From: the human T2T-CHM13v2.0 reference genome, Homo sapiens
NCBI RefSeq assembly: GCF_009914755.1
Contig: NC_060942.1
DNA: 64,000 nucleotides
Strand: one strand, 5' to 3'
The number at the start of each line of letters is the position of its first letter. Position 1 is the stretch's first letter. Of this stretch, positions 27,410 through 41,522 are shown piece by piece. The position numbers and the translations under genes are program-made. The notes under the pieces were generated by a model. That model did not search any database. It was not told the origin of the DNA and worked only from the letters and a program-made list of their open reading frames with translations.

Positions 27410-28002
27410 CACTGTCGCTTGGGATCACTAGCTTCCAAAAATGGCTTCAAATAATCTGTGAAACCCATAACTTTCTCCTTGTGAAATAACCTCCCTGAAT
27501 CTGGAGTGGTCTGGTCTGGGACTCCCTTTAACCAGTAGAATATAGAGGAAATGACCCTGTGTAAGTTCTGGAACTAACTCTTGGGAAGGTCTGTCAAGTT
27601 CTTTAGCACTTTTTGTACCACTGAGCCACCAAGTAAATGTCTCACTATCTGCTGGAGAAACCATGTGCAGAGACCATGTAGGGAGAGGTCGCATGAAGAG
27701 GAAGAGGCTCTGACACCCGGAGAGAAACAGACCCAAATGGTCTAGTATCCCAAATTCATTACCGAGATGAGCCTTCCAGCCTTCCCCCACCAGAGCATCG
27801 GTCATTGAGTGAGCCACCTCTGACAGTCCGGGCAAGTCAAGTCCTCGGAGGACTACAGCTCCCACCAACACTGGGAGAAGCAGAAGCATCACCAGCTAAG
27901 CTGTGTCAACTCACAGAATCACAAGAGATACTAAAGTGGTTATTGTTTTAAAGGGCTATGCTTTTGGATGGTTATTTTTAATTAGCAATAAGTAATTATA
28001 AT
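27410..28002 (+). mobile_element. MaLR solo LTR (MLT1G/H-like) inside L2 remnants
   Basis: ctccctgaatctgg...tttaaccagtagaatatagaggaaatgac; 3' end cacagaatcacaagagatactaaagtggttattgttttaa...tagcaataagtaa. L2-like sequence on both sides. Confidence 0.8.
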
Positions 28003-28299
28003 ATCCTGTCCCCCAGTCTCTGAACAGCTTGAGAGTGAATCTACACTATATCCACCCCCATACTCACAGTCCCTGGAACAGCACTTTCTACCAAGTGGTC
28101 ATTAATGAATGTCTACTGATTGAATTAATAAATTTAATTATTCTCCATTTGAATATGTAAACACAGGATTGTGTTTACTCTTTCAATTTTGAACTAGTTT
28201 TTAATGATATTGCTTTATATGGTTGGGAACTTAAATCATTTCTGAATCAACTGGCTTAACTTATTTACATATCCCAACCACATGGCCTAACTTCCTCAT

Positions 28300-28560
28300 A
28301 ATTACTTTATTTTTCCATTGCATTTATTTCTTATTAAAATACTGTATGTTACTAATGGGTGGTGTTTATTTTCTGTCTTCCCCACACCCTTCTTCCCATT
28401 ATTGAAATATAAGTTTCAGGAGGACAAAGAAAGGGTTGCTTTGCTTGATCTTGTTTTGTTTTTTATCCTGTTTTGTTCATTGATTTCTCCCAACTACCTA
28501 GAACAGTGTCTAGTAACAGTGGATGCTCAATACTTGTTGTTTGAATTAATTCATTCATTT
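28300..28560 (+). mobile_element. L2a 3' end
   Basis: cctagaacagtgtctagtaacagtggatgctcaata...tgaattaat. Confidence 0.7.
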
Positions 28561-29977
28561 TAGGAGGAAATGGACAAATCTGTGAGACAACACTGTAAAG
28601 AAAACCAGGACTTAGAGAAAGTTCACATGTGGTGCCTAAGAAGGACTACATAACCTGAGGCAATAAATTTCATTCCTCTATGTTTTGGCAACTACTGCAG
28701 AAGGAAAATCTGGGTGAAAAAGATCATCCATATGAAATTCCCTGACCTCTTAAAAATAAAAGTGCTATGTAAATGCACAAAGACATCATTCCTGCCTTGC
28801 TGCTTGATGTAGTGCAAGTCACAAAGGTATTTCTCAGACATTCAGCATTTTTTCTTCAGAAGATAGAACTTCAAAATTACTTAGAGAAATGTCTGACGCT
28901 GACACGCCCTAAGAGTGTGAGTTTTATAGAAAAAGAAACCCCAAGGTTTATATAAAACAAAAACAGCCTTATATTATCATGTAGCACTCACTTAAATGTT
29001 ATAAGATATAAAAATGTAAGAGAGAACATAGTTAAAATCTAGGTTTATATACATGTATTTGGCTTAGTTATCAGTTCATCATAGATATATGAAAGATATT
29101 TGCTGAATTAGTGTTGAAGGAATACATTATTCTTAATGATACTCTTCCACATACAGTGGGTAAGAAAAATATAATGAGGTGTTATTGACAATATGCAAAT
29201 CCTGTAGACCTAATTATATGGGGAAAGAAGATCACTGTTAATCTGTTAATCTATTATAATACTCATTACTGTGATTATAAGTTGAGACAGTTTCAGAGCC
29301 CTTCAGAAAAATATCATGTACACAAAATGAGCTTATGGGATGGTGGCCAGGGCTTTAAAATATTACCTAAAAGGTCAACCAATAGTCAAGCTAAACACAT
29401 TCTTTCAAGGCACATATACAACATAGCTTGAATGACACTACTGTGTTGATTATAAAGTTGGCTCAGGAAGGACGACCTTGTTGTTTTCATTAATTCCACA
29501 CTGGTGGAGTAATAACTCCTAAATGGTGGAGTAATAACTCCTAAGAACCACGAATAAATGAAAGACAATAAAATATAGTCAGTTTATTATAATATTTACT
29601 GTTTATTTTTATATTGGGCAATATTTTTATTCATAATATTATAAACTAATTGAGATAAAGGGATCATGTCTTAAATATCTATTGTATTTCTTTTAATATC
29701 CAGAATGATTGAACAGTCAGTAGGCAGTTAACAATATTTATCATAGTTGCTACACTCCTCTAGTCATGTTATCAGGAACTACCTCTTTCTTCAATTACCA
29801 AAGGAAATAACTGTGTATTATTCAGAATGACATATACTGAGAGAGACGTTAAGCCTACCAAGATAGGAAAAAATATATAGCAGGAGCACAGATAAAAGTG
29901 AGGTAAAGATAAGACTTGGCAAGCTAAGGGAAATGGTCAAAGGAAGCAATTGAAGACTCAAAATAAGAAATGCCCAA

Positions 29978-30075
29978 TGAGAACATGCCGTATTTGGTAT
30001 TCTGTTCACCGATGTAACAAACCTGCACATTCTGCACGTGTACCACTGAACTTTAAAAAAAAAGTTTTTTTTTAA
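29978..30075 (+). mobile_element. Very short 5'-inverted L1PA 3'-end insertion
   Basis: Antisense L1 3'UTR piece (tgagaacatgccgtatttggtattctgttc) joined to the sense terminal piece (atgtaacaaacctgcacattctgcacgtgtaccactgaactttaaaa). Confidence 0.7.
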
Positions 30076-33000
30076 AAGATGCCAAATATCAAAGTTTGTG
30101 CTGTTAATAATTAACAGAAAGACTCAAAGGAACAAAAGAAGAAAAGGGGCTGTAAAAATTTGGTAGAAGAGACATAATAAGAGATATTAGTTATATACTT
30201 CAGATAACCAGAAATGTAACACTGAATAATGCTAGATCTCATTTAGTACTGAATAATTAGATCTCAAATATCTGAGCTTCACCTAAGGGACAAGGAGGGG
30301 AAGTTGCCGAACCTCTTCTGGAATTTATAAATTAGCTAAAGAAGTACAGTATGACCCTTTCTTCATAAGTGTATAACATGCAGCAGCAATAATGCCTGCC
30401 ATTTCCATTCCATTCCCCATTTGAAATTTTCAAAATTTCTAAGAAATAAATTTAATCTGGTTTGAATGCAGAATGTGTTAAAGAAGGGGTTATATGACTT
30501 TTAAAAATAGAATAACATATTCAATTTTACTCAAATGTCCAACTTTTTTGTATATCAAAATAAAAATAGGCAGGTAGATGGAAAATATGTCTATAGCTAT
30601 TGTCATAGAAGAAAGCCACTTGGACTTTTATACTAGCAGATAGAAAGCCATAGTGCATATTCATATAAGAAACTATCTATATCCAGAATAAAATGTCTTG
30701 AATATTTGAAGTAAATGAAAATCCCAAACCAAAAACGTTGCTAATATACAGAACTGGTTGGACATTTTCAAATTTGTCAAATATAATGCCATTAATCATT
30801 CAATCAACTTTATATCATAGAATTACGGGAGAATTTACTTATGGATGCTATATTGTCTTTTCTATTAGCATTGAACCCTTGCTTCTGAAAAGGTAGAGAA
30901 GAGTGATTTACCTTTGATATTTTTTACATCTCACTCATTCCTCAATCACTCATTGCTGGGTGAGGTATGGATGAAAGATGAAAAACTGAACCCAAATGAA
31001 GTAAATGGAGAAGAGAAACCACAGCTATCTCTTGACTTGATCCAACAGGAGTGATCAGACTATGGGAAATAAAGCCAAATGGACAGCAGCCCTGAAATCA
31101 GCAGCAGCAATGTAGAACCACTGAGCCAAAGGTCTCAACACAAGTACTCCCTTATAGGAATATGTGTTGGGCAAATATTTTGCTTTTCCAAAATAAATTA
31201 AGTGGAATTTTCAGTCCTTATCATCCCAATACTTAATATCCACTAATTATCTTATTTTCCCCTTCCATTTGCACTCCATCTTACCCCTAAAATATATGTT
31301 TTAGGGACTATAATTAATCAAAATTATTTAATAAAAATTTTACAATCTCTGACAACAGAAATTGCAATGTAGAAGAATAAATATTCAGTATTAAAATGAA
31401 GTACGTGAGGTTTTCGCTCTTGCACTTAAAATGTGTTATTGGACACAAGTCAGCACTTCAAATCTGAGCTTTCCTATCTGTTAAGTGAACATAACCAACC
31501 CTCTGTTGATCTTAAAGAATTTTTGTTAGGACCAAATAAAATAATGTCTGTACATTCTCTTTATAAATCATGATGTGAAACAAAAATATAAACAAACATT
31601 ATTGTTTCCAGATATTATGTGTTGCTTTGTTATATGATAATAATTAATAAATATATAAACTATATCAGTAGTATATCACTGAATATTACATTAAAGATAG
31701 ATTATTTTCTCTCAAGGTGATATTATATTGCTTAAAAGAACACATCCTAGGAGTTCTACAAAAGTGCTTTTATTATGATTACACCACTCTAGAGAAAACA
31801 ATTAACTCTATTTATGAAGTTGGAAGCTGACATTTATTTTTCCTTGCCACACACTGACTGGTATAATTGAGTGGTTCTTGTGTTTAGAAATAATTAACAA
31901 TTATGAGACTACAAAGACCATCATATGAAATCAAATATAACCTACAGAATACAATTGGCATATTGTCACTTATGAAACACAAAGCATTCTGACTCGTTTA
32001 TTGGTGCAAGGTGAGCATTATTGAAAGATAGAATGAGTCCAAGGAAAGTGAAGCAGGGACCACAGGACTAAACAATCTATCCTTAGCCAAGTTTTCTTAT
32101 TTGCTGAAATTTAATGAAGCAGGTCAAGGAATAAAGAAAAATGAAAGCTACAACAAAGGATTGCCATCAATACCCTATGCAAATAATACTGCAGTTGTAC
32201 TCGTTGTATTGTCTGAGATTGTATGCAGCCTCAGAGCACATGACCTTTTCCTCCTCCACATTTACTACAACATTATAAAAACCTTGGGCCCTGTACCCTC
32301 CATTCAGAAGTTCGTCTGAAATAGTATCAGAGAAATTGCAGAATCTACATCTAATCATTAAAAAGGGGAACTGTTCTTTAAGGATCATATACTATGGTAC
32401 AGTTTATCCTGATAGATTAGCATGCATTCCAAGTTATGAAATACCAATTTATGCTCATAGATTATTATTATTATGAAAACTACCCTTTGAAATTCTAAAA
32501 TGATAAATAAATATGCAGTAGTTAATAGTAGTACTCTCTATGACACATAATTCAGTTGTATTATAGCAATGTAAGTCAATCATTACACAAAGTTCTGTGG
32601 TTTGTCTTTATGTATGATTAGTATCCCCAAAATTGATACAGTTGACTTAAGTCTTGCAAATCTTACAAGTATGTTCTATATTTTCTATCTAAAGGAGCTT
32701 ACTATAATTACTGTAATGCATAAAAATTTCAAAAACCATGAGTTTTATTCCCTATGGTATTTTTTAACACACACACACACACAAACACATCATATGTGTC
32801 TTGTTTTTATGCCAAAAAAGAAAAATATACAATAGTTACTTGCATAATCTATAGAAACAATCTATAGAAATGTTTTGGATTTATTAAAGCAATTCAATAA
32901 AAACAGGCAGTCAACTTGAATAAAAAGGGTTAGATAATGATATCACTACGTCCTTTAGCAGAGAAAGGAGCTTAGTCTTGTTTAGAAACTAGCATAGAAA

Positions 33001-34779
33001 TCCAGCCTAGAAGAGATAGCAAATGCTTGAAAGAGAATACACACATATAATTTAGTTTATTCTCTCAAGGATCCCCAATCATCTCATAAATTCATTTGAT
33101 TGTGTAGCCCCTTTGACACTTAATATTTATTAATTTTCTCTGGAGGTTAAAATGTTAAAGAAACTAAGAACCAGTAAGAGCTTATTAACCCTCACATAAA
33201 CTGGTTTCCATTACCCTTTCGGTTAAATGCATCCTCCCTACCTGCCTATTAAAGTTAAAATGATGTCACAGTGCATTCTACAATTTAGAGACTAAAAGAG
33301 AGAAAGATGAAGTATTGTAAAAGTAACTACCCAATAATTTCATGTAAAGCAATGCTTCATTTTTTAAGGCTAAAATGCAGAATGTTTTAAATCAATTGTG
33401 CTACTAGTAAGGATTCTGGCATGCAAATGAGCCCCACCCCACACAAAACATTTTTAAATGGATTTCTCTGTCATTACATTACAAAATGCACAGAAATTGT
33501 AGTGAAGCTTCATTTTATTTTTTTATTATAAATCATGCAAATCTATGTCTACTCACTAGTACATAGTATAATAACTTTTAAAACTTTGAATAATCTATTA
33601 ACTACATAGTCTCATTACAGGTACATAAAAACTTTTGATAAGAGATTAAATGCTAAGTAATTGATTTCTAAGAATTTTCAAAACACCTGTTTCTTTGGTT
33701 TAGTTGAGGACTTCGGCTGAATATTAGAGGAGATTTTTGTCTATTATAAAAAGGAAGTCGAAATTTCAAATCTTTGCCAATAAATGGCATATAGTTATTA
33801 TACTTTGAGAGGTTTTAAATATCTGTATAGCTTTTCAAAATATAACCCTTACGAATTTGACTTGGGGATTGTTAATCTCAAAAATTATAAGCAGGTTCAC
33901 AGGATTGATTTGAAGTATATATTCTAACAACAAAAATAAAAATTTAAATTTGCTTTGGGAATTTATATGCAGTGATTCAATGTAATTTCTGTGTAAGTTT
34001 TAAAAAATAATAGGTATAAATAATTTAATTTAGAAGGCAAACTTGAAATATCATTTTCTTTTCTGCAAAGTTATATGGTAAAACAGTCATTCTTTATTAC
34101 AGATGATTCATTCACTTGAGAATTATCAAACAACTCTCAAGAGATGCTATCATTTTATTACATTAAAATAGAAAGTTTCTTATGTCCATTCTTAAATTGT
34201 GAGCAGCTACTCTTAATTTTTCTGTGTCCAATTATTTAAGAGTCTTCACAGCTGCTTAAAATATTACTACAATATAGCCTTAAATTTGCTATGAAGAGAA
34301 AATATTCTGGAGATCTGTTACAAACAATATTGAACTATTTACATAGAACTTGAATGTTCAAATATGTTTACACTGTACACCCCAACCTTTCAAAGCAGCA
34401 TGTAGTGGCTAGTAGAAAGCTTGCATGTCAAATCAGTACTAAAGTATTCCAAAACTGTCTATGAAACAAAATATTTTAATTTATTATATTTGAAAAGTTT
34501 CTTATTTCCAAAGCTTTTCTTCTAAAAAAAAAAAAAACAACACTGAAGTATAAGTGTATGTTCCTTTCCTAAGATAACATTTAACCTTTGTTCAAGAAAA
34601 TTGTGTTGGCTTTTTCTATTCTATCTGTAACAATAATTCCAAAACTCTATATATAATTAATGTAAAAGAATAATCAGAAAGAAGTCAGGAATTACTATAA
34701 AACAAAGAAGGCTCTTCATCTTTAGACTCGTTGGTAATACAACTCAATAGCTGACTAATAAAGAATCAGCCACTAATGT

Positions 34780-35940
34780 ATTAACACATTTAAAAATACC
34801 TTTATACGTCAGGCATTATTCTATGGATAAAGCATACAGAAAATAGAAAATATATTTTTTCATCCTACTTATATTCCAATGGGTGAAAAAAGAAAATAAA
34901 CAAAATACTAAAGTAAGTTATATAGATAGAAGAAAAGATGTGTTATAGAGAACATAAAATGGAGGTGGTGTACAGGATTTGCGATTTAAAGAAAGCAATC
35001 ATAGAAGATTTCACTTGGAATATTATATTTGAGCAAACTCTTGAAAAAGGCAATGGGGCAAGAAATGTAGTAGATAAAAGAATTTTAGGCAAAAGTACCA
35101 ATGATCAAAAAGAACTCTGAAGTCAGTGTATTCCTGGCATGTTTGAGGAGCAGCAGGGAGGCTGTTGTAGCTATGCCATTTACAGGACTTTAAATTTTAC
35201 ACTAAGAGATGAGAAACCCTGAAAGGGCTTTGAGTAAAAAAAGCCATGTGATCTGACTCCAGTCTTAAAAGAATCATCGGGCTTAGAATCTACTGTAGGA
35301 TAGGAAAAAATACAAGAGTAGAAGCAAGGAGATCAGGTATGAGGCTACTTTAATAAACCAGGCAAATGATGAGATGGTTTGGACTAGGGTAGAGACTCGA
35401 AAGTGGAGAAAAGTGTTCAGATTTTAGGTACATTATGAAGGCAGAAGGAACAAACATAAGAGTCTTCTGATGCACAGAATGATATGTATTCAAGAAAAAT
35501 GGGAGTTATAAATCCAAGTCTTTTGGTCGGAGCATCTGGGAGGATGGAGTTGCCTTTGAGAAGGAAAGGATTGCAGGTGGAGTAGGTTTTATTTTATTTA
35601 TTTATTTAGTGAAAGAGATAAGCTCAGTTTGGGATGTGTTTATTTTTTTTAATTTTGTGCCTGAATGGTACTGTCAAATATCCTGTTGGGTATATAAGCC
35701 TGGTTTGGGGGGTGGGTCTGGTTTGGAGATATAAACATGAGTCATCAGTGCATAGGCAGTAGTTAAAGATGTGTCTAGACAATATCATCAAGAGAGTGAT
35801 TGTATATAAAACAACAAAAACCATCCAAAGATGAAGCCACAAGGCACTGCAAAGTAAAGAGATGGGAGAAATGAGAAAAAATTAAGAAAGAAAATGAGAA
35901 AGAAAAGCCAGTGAGGTGGGAGGAAAATTAGGAGGTGAGC
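34780..35940 (-). mobile_element. L2 fragment (~1.1 kb)
   Basis: Typical reverse-L2 motifs: cctggcatgtttgaggagcagcagggagg, atgtgatctgact, ggagatataaacatgagtcatcag. Confidence 0.8.
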
Positions 35941-36197
35941 AAAGACCCTCTTAGGCTTCCATACATGAAGTGGGCATTAATGTGCATGAATAATGGAGAA
36001 GCAGACCTGCTACAGAGGGAGAGGCTTTGCAGGGCTGGGGAAATCAGCCAAGACTAGGTGACAGTTCACTGTGGCAAAATGGTTAAAAAATGGAAAATAG
36101 CCCCAAATATAAAGACAAATATCTTAGTGTGTCAACTAATTCTTCCTCCCTAAATTGTAACATGAAAACAGCAGCAGTGAAGGAGGAACAATGCTAA

Positions 36198-36531
<334 letters not shown>

Positions 36532-37495
36532 AGAGAATTGCTTATTTCTGAGCATCCTCACAGTAATTGTATTCCAAAAGCTTTTCCAATTTAAACTAAA
36601 TAGTGAATAACCATATCTGGAATTGCAATACAACATCCTCTCAGTTCAAGTACTGACTAGATTTAAAAAGCTATGTCTGGGAGATTAGAGGTTTGGCAAC
36701 TCAAAGATGAACTCAATATTATTAAAACTATGGTGAAAGAAAAGGGATTTATTATCTGGGAAATAAACAAAAACAATAAAATATTATTATTTAATCATTC
36801 TTTTATAGCAATACTCAGAATACAATAAAACTCTAAAAGATACATGAAGGAAAAAATTATCCATAATAAAGGTAAAGCAAAATAAAAAGAATAAGACCCA
36901 TGTATAACTCAGTTATTGAAATTAACATGTCTGGGCTTTAAAATAACCATTATTGATGTGTGAAACAATTGACAACAAAATATGGATATAGTGGATTAAA
37001 TAATGGGATATTTAGTTGGAAAATTAGAAACTCTAAGAAAACACCAAATGGAAATTATGGAGTTGTAGAAAAAAGTGTCTGAAATTAAAATTCATTGGAT
37101 CCCTTTTACAAAAGATTGGACATGGGTAAAGAATGAATAAGTGGATTTAAAATCAAGTGAAAAGGAATTATCTAAACTAAAACATGAGAAAAAAGATTGT
37201 AAAATCAAGTGGAAAACAGATGGTCAGTGACCTGTGGCATAAACTTCAAAAATACACATACAATTATGTAATTAGAATCTCAAAAGAGGAGAAGAGAGAA
37301 AATAAGACGGATAATTTCTAGAAAGAAAACTGAAAAATTAACAAAACTGATGAAAAATATCAACCCATAGATCTAAGAAGCTCAACAAACACTAAGCAGA
37401 ATTTTTTTTAATGCATTTAGGCATATCATAGGCAAACTGATGAAAACCAAAGAGAAAATAAAATTTTAAAAGAAGAGAGACAAAATGAACATGAC

Positions 37496-38314
37496 TGAGA
37501 GACTAAATACACAAACCCACAATCGCAGCAACCAGTCCAGAAAACCAACCCATTATCCACAGTAACCCGCTCAGGAAGCCAGCTTACTTTCCATGTCAGA
37601 CTTGTATGAAGTCAGACCACTATCTCTAGCAACCATTTCACAAAATCAAACAAAAACATCTGAAATAATTGGTCCCAAATGGCTAAGACTTGATTAATAA
37701 CAGACAGATCTCCTAATTTTAGTCCTGCCTCCAACTTAGGACCAACCAGAGAAAGTCCTATGCATCCCTCACTAATCATATAAGATACCCCAGTTCTAGG
37801 TAGCCCACCTCCAGCTTCGCTATGCCAACAGTCTTCAATTAGAGCATACCTGTAGCCTTGCCTTGTTTTGTTTTGTTTTGTTTTTGAGACGGAGTCTCGC
37901 TCAGTCGCCCAGGCTGGAGTGCATTGGCGCAATCCCGGCTCACTGAAAGCTCCGCCTTCCGGGTTCACGCCATTCTCCTGCCTCAGCCTCCCCAGTAGCT
38001 GGGACTACAGGTGCCTGCCACTGCGCCCAGCTAATTTTTTGTATTTTTAGTAGAGACGGGGTTTCACCATGGTCTCGATATCCTGACCTCGTGATCCGCC
38101 CGCCTCGGCCTCCCAAAGTGCTGGGATTACAGGCGTGAGCCACCGCGCCCGGCCCGCCTTGCCTTTTTTACACTATAAAGTTTCACCACATCTCTACTTG
38201 CCTTTCAGTCTCTGACAAATGAAAACGTGATGGTGGCTGACTCCCTTGTTATACCAAGCCCTGAATAAATAGACTTTGCCTCTTCTCATTTGTTGATTTT
38301 CATTTATTTCCACA
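37496..38314 (+). mobile_element. ERV solo LTR (MER54/73/74-like, family uncertain), split by an Alu
   Basis: TG...CA ends, TATA-like ctataaag (~38173) and AATAAA (~38264); interrupts L1 ORF1-like sequence. Confidence 0.65.
37865..38154 (-). mobile_element. AluY with 12-nt left-arm deletion (AluYd/Yc3-type)
   Basis: tttcacc^atggtctcga lacks gtgttagccagg; (GTTTT)n tail; TSD gccttgcctt at 37855-37864 and 38156-38165. Confidence 0.9.
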
Positions 38315-38816
38315 TAATATAGAGAGGAACAACCATAAGAATGATGTCTGACTGCACATAAACAACTTAAGCCAGAACATAAAGGAACACAATCTTTAAA
38401 AGTACTCGGAAAACATGTTCACAGTGTAGAGTTATACAGTCAGTGAAAACATCCTCCTTTAAAAGTGAGTGTAAAATAAAGACACAGCCCATAAACAATG
38501 GCTGAGAGAATCTGTCACTAGTAGAAGCTGCACTATAAGACATGATAAGGTAAATTTTTCAGTATAAAGAAAAATTATTTCAGAAAGAAACATAGCTTAA
38601 AAGAAAGTTGAAAGAAATAATAAATACATAGGTATATATAAAGATTCTTTATGCTTCTTACTCTTTGTAAAAGGCTATTATAAGCAAAAATAACAATATA
38701 AACATGAATCTTATAATTTATGAACAAGTGTAATATATAAAATCAATAACACAAAGAACAAAGGAAACAATTGGAAATATATAATTTTAAAATTCTTACA
38801 TTAAAATAAAATGGTG

Positions 38817-39115
38817 TGGTCAATGGGTACAAAGTTACAGTTAGGAGAAATAAGTTCTGGTGTTCTATAGCATAGCAGGGGTGACAATAGTAAACAATAG
38901 TGTATATTTCAAGGTAACTAAAAGAGAAGATTCTGAGTGTTCTCACCACAAAGAAATGATAGATGTTTTAGGTGGTGGATATACCAAAAAACATGATTTG
39001 ATCATTACACAATGTATACATGTATCAAAATTTATATTGTACCCACTAAATACGTACAAAGATTGTGTTAATTTAAAACAAAATAGTGAACAAAGCTCTT
39101 TTAGTAAACAAAAAG
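38817..39115 (+). mobile_element. 5'-truncated L1MA 3'UTR insertion
   Basis: gggtacaaagttacagttaggagaaataagttctggtgttctatagc...; TSD taaaataa(a/t)atggtg at 38802-38816 and 39116-39130. Confidence 0.85.
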
Positions 39116-39257
39116 TAAAATAATATGGTGAAGTATGAATTCAAAACTTGCTATAATATAGATACATATTGAAATTCCCAGACAACCACTAAAAAAATAG
39201 AGTTTAAAATACTCCCGTTAAAAGGCAGAGATTGTCAGGCTGAAGATATACACAAAT

Positions 39258-39274
39258 AGACAGACAGACAGACA

Positions 39275-39314
<40 letters not shown>
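39258..39314. repeat. (AGAC)n(AC)n microsatellite
   Basis: Read directly. Confidence 0.92.
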
Positions 39315-39316
<2 letters not shown>

Positions 39317-39688
39317 TGATCCCTGACTTAACGATGGTTCAGTTTATAATGTTTTGACTTTGCAGAGGTATGAAAGTGATGCAGATTCAGCAGAAACCAT
39401 ACTTTGAGTATCTATACGACCATTCTGTTTTTAACTTTCAGTAGATTATTCAATAAACTACATGAGATACTCAACACTTTATTATAAAATAGGCCATGTA
39501 TTAGATGATTTTGACCAGCTGTGGGCTAATATAAGTGAATGTAAGTGTTCTGAGCACTTTTAAGCTAGACTAAGCTAAACTATGATGTTCATTAGGTTAG
39601 GTGTATTAAATGCATTTTTCACTTACAATATTTTCAATTTATAATGGGTTTATTGAGATGTAACACATCATAAGACAAGGAGCATCAG
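39313..39688 (-). mobile_element. MER47A-type Tigger MITE, second copy
   Basis: Clearly homologous to 7599-7963 along its length; TIRs cagatgatccctgactta ... taagacaaggagcatcag|ta. Confidence 0.85.
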
Positions 39689-39795
39689 TATATGTATATT
39701 ACGCACATAATGAGGGGGGAATGTACCTAACTATATGATAACCTACAGAGCTATATCTTAAATATTACAAAACAGTTTAAAGATAAAATGAAAGG

Positions 39796-40119
<324 letters not shown>

Positions 40120-41183
40120 TCAAACCCTAATCATAAGAAAACTGTTGTGGCTATATTAGCATCAGACAAAGCAGATTTCAAGACAAAATGCACCAGAGAT
40201 ATTCAGGGACATCCCATAAAGACCAATGGGTCAATTTAATAGGAAGACATCATTTTAAATGTGTATATTATTAATAACAGAACTTCAGTATACATGAAGC
40301 AAAAATGGAGAGAATTAAAGAGAAGTAGATAAATGCACAATCGTAGTTTGAGATTTTAACATGTCTTTATGGCAAATTAATAGAACAAGTAGATGAAAAA
40401 AAGAAAAAGACTATATATTTGAATGACACTATCAATCAAGTTGACTTAGTTTGCATAAACAGAATACCACACAAAACAACTGTGTAATACCTCTTATTTT
40501 CATGTGCGCACGAACATTTACCAAGTCAGGTCATGTGCTGGACCATACAGCAAGTTACAAAAAATTTTAAACTACTTAAATGCCTTTGTCCGTCATTTCA
40601 TTTTTAAGCTGTTTTTTATATATAGAAGACAATATAAAATCTAAAAAATAAAACCAAATATTTGGAAATTGAACACCAACTTCTAAATAATCTATTGGTT
40701 AAGTAAGAAATCACAAAACATTGTAAAATATTTTTGCTTAAATTAATATGAAAACAAAATGTATCAAAACATGTGTAAGGAAGCTAAAGTTGTGCTTAGA
40801 AAGAAATATATAGTTTTATATGCTAGTATTAGCTATGAGGAGTTTAAAACTAAATAGCCAGGGACAAAACAAATTAAATGCAAACTAACAGAATGAAGTA
40901 AATCCTAAGTTAATAAGTGTGACATCAATTAAATACAAAACATACAAAATACAGAGAAAGCACAATATAGCTAGATGCTCATTTGTGATAATATTAATAA
41001 AATTGATAACCCCTTGAAATAACCAATCAGGAAAATAATAAAAAGAAAAATACATCAATTACCAATATCAGGAATGAAAGGTGATATGACTACACGCTCT
41101 ACAGAAATTCACAGGACAATAAAGTGTTATTCTGAACACTTTAAGCCAATAAATTAGGCAAATTAGATAAAATAGAGAGGTGA

Positions 41184-41522
41184 TAGTCGTCCTTTGGTCT
41201 CTGTGGGGGAACTGGTACTCCCATGGATATCCCAAAATCCATAGATGTTCAATCTCTTATAAAAAATGATGTAGTATTTGCATATAACCTATGCACATAC
41301 TCCAGTATACTTTAAATCATCTCTAGCTTACTTAAACTGCCTAATACAATGCAAATGCTTTGTGAATACTTGTTATATTATATTGTTTAGGGAATAATGA
41401 CACAGAAAATGAGTCTGTACATGTTCAGTACAGAGACAACCATTTCTTTCTTAATAAATATTTTCCATCTGCAGTTGGTTGAATCCATGGAATGTGGAAC
41501 CCATGGATGAAGAGGGCTGAAT
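41184..41522 (+). mobile_element. MER2 Tigger MITE
   Basis: gtagtatttgcatataacctatgcacat...tttaaatcatctctag; ends ggttgaatcc...gaacccatggat...gagggctga. Confidence 0.85.

Noticed and set aside
27428-27892. Longest ORF (154 aa) with a hydrophobic, signal-peptide-like start
   Set aside because: It lies wholly antisense within an MLT1 LTR, with no recognisable domain and no splice context.
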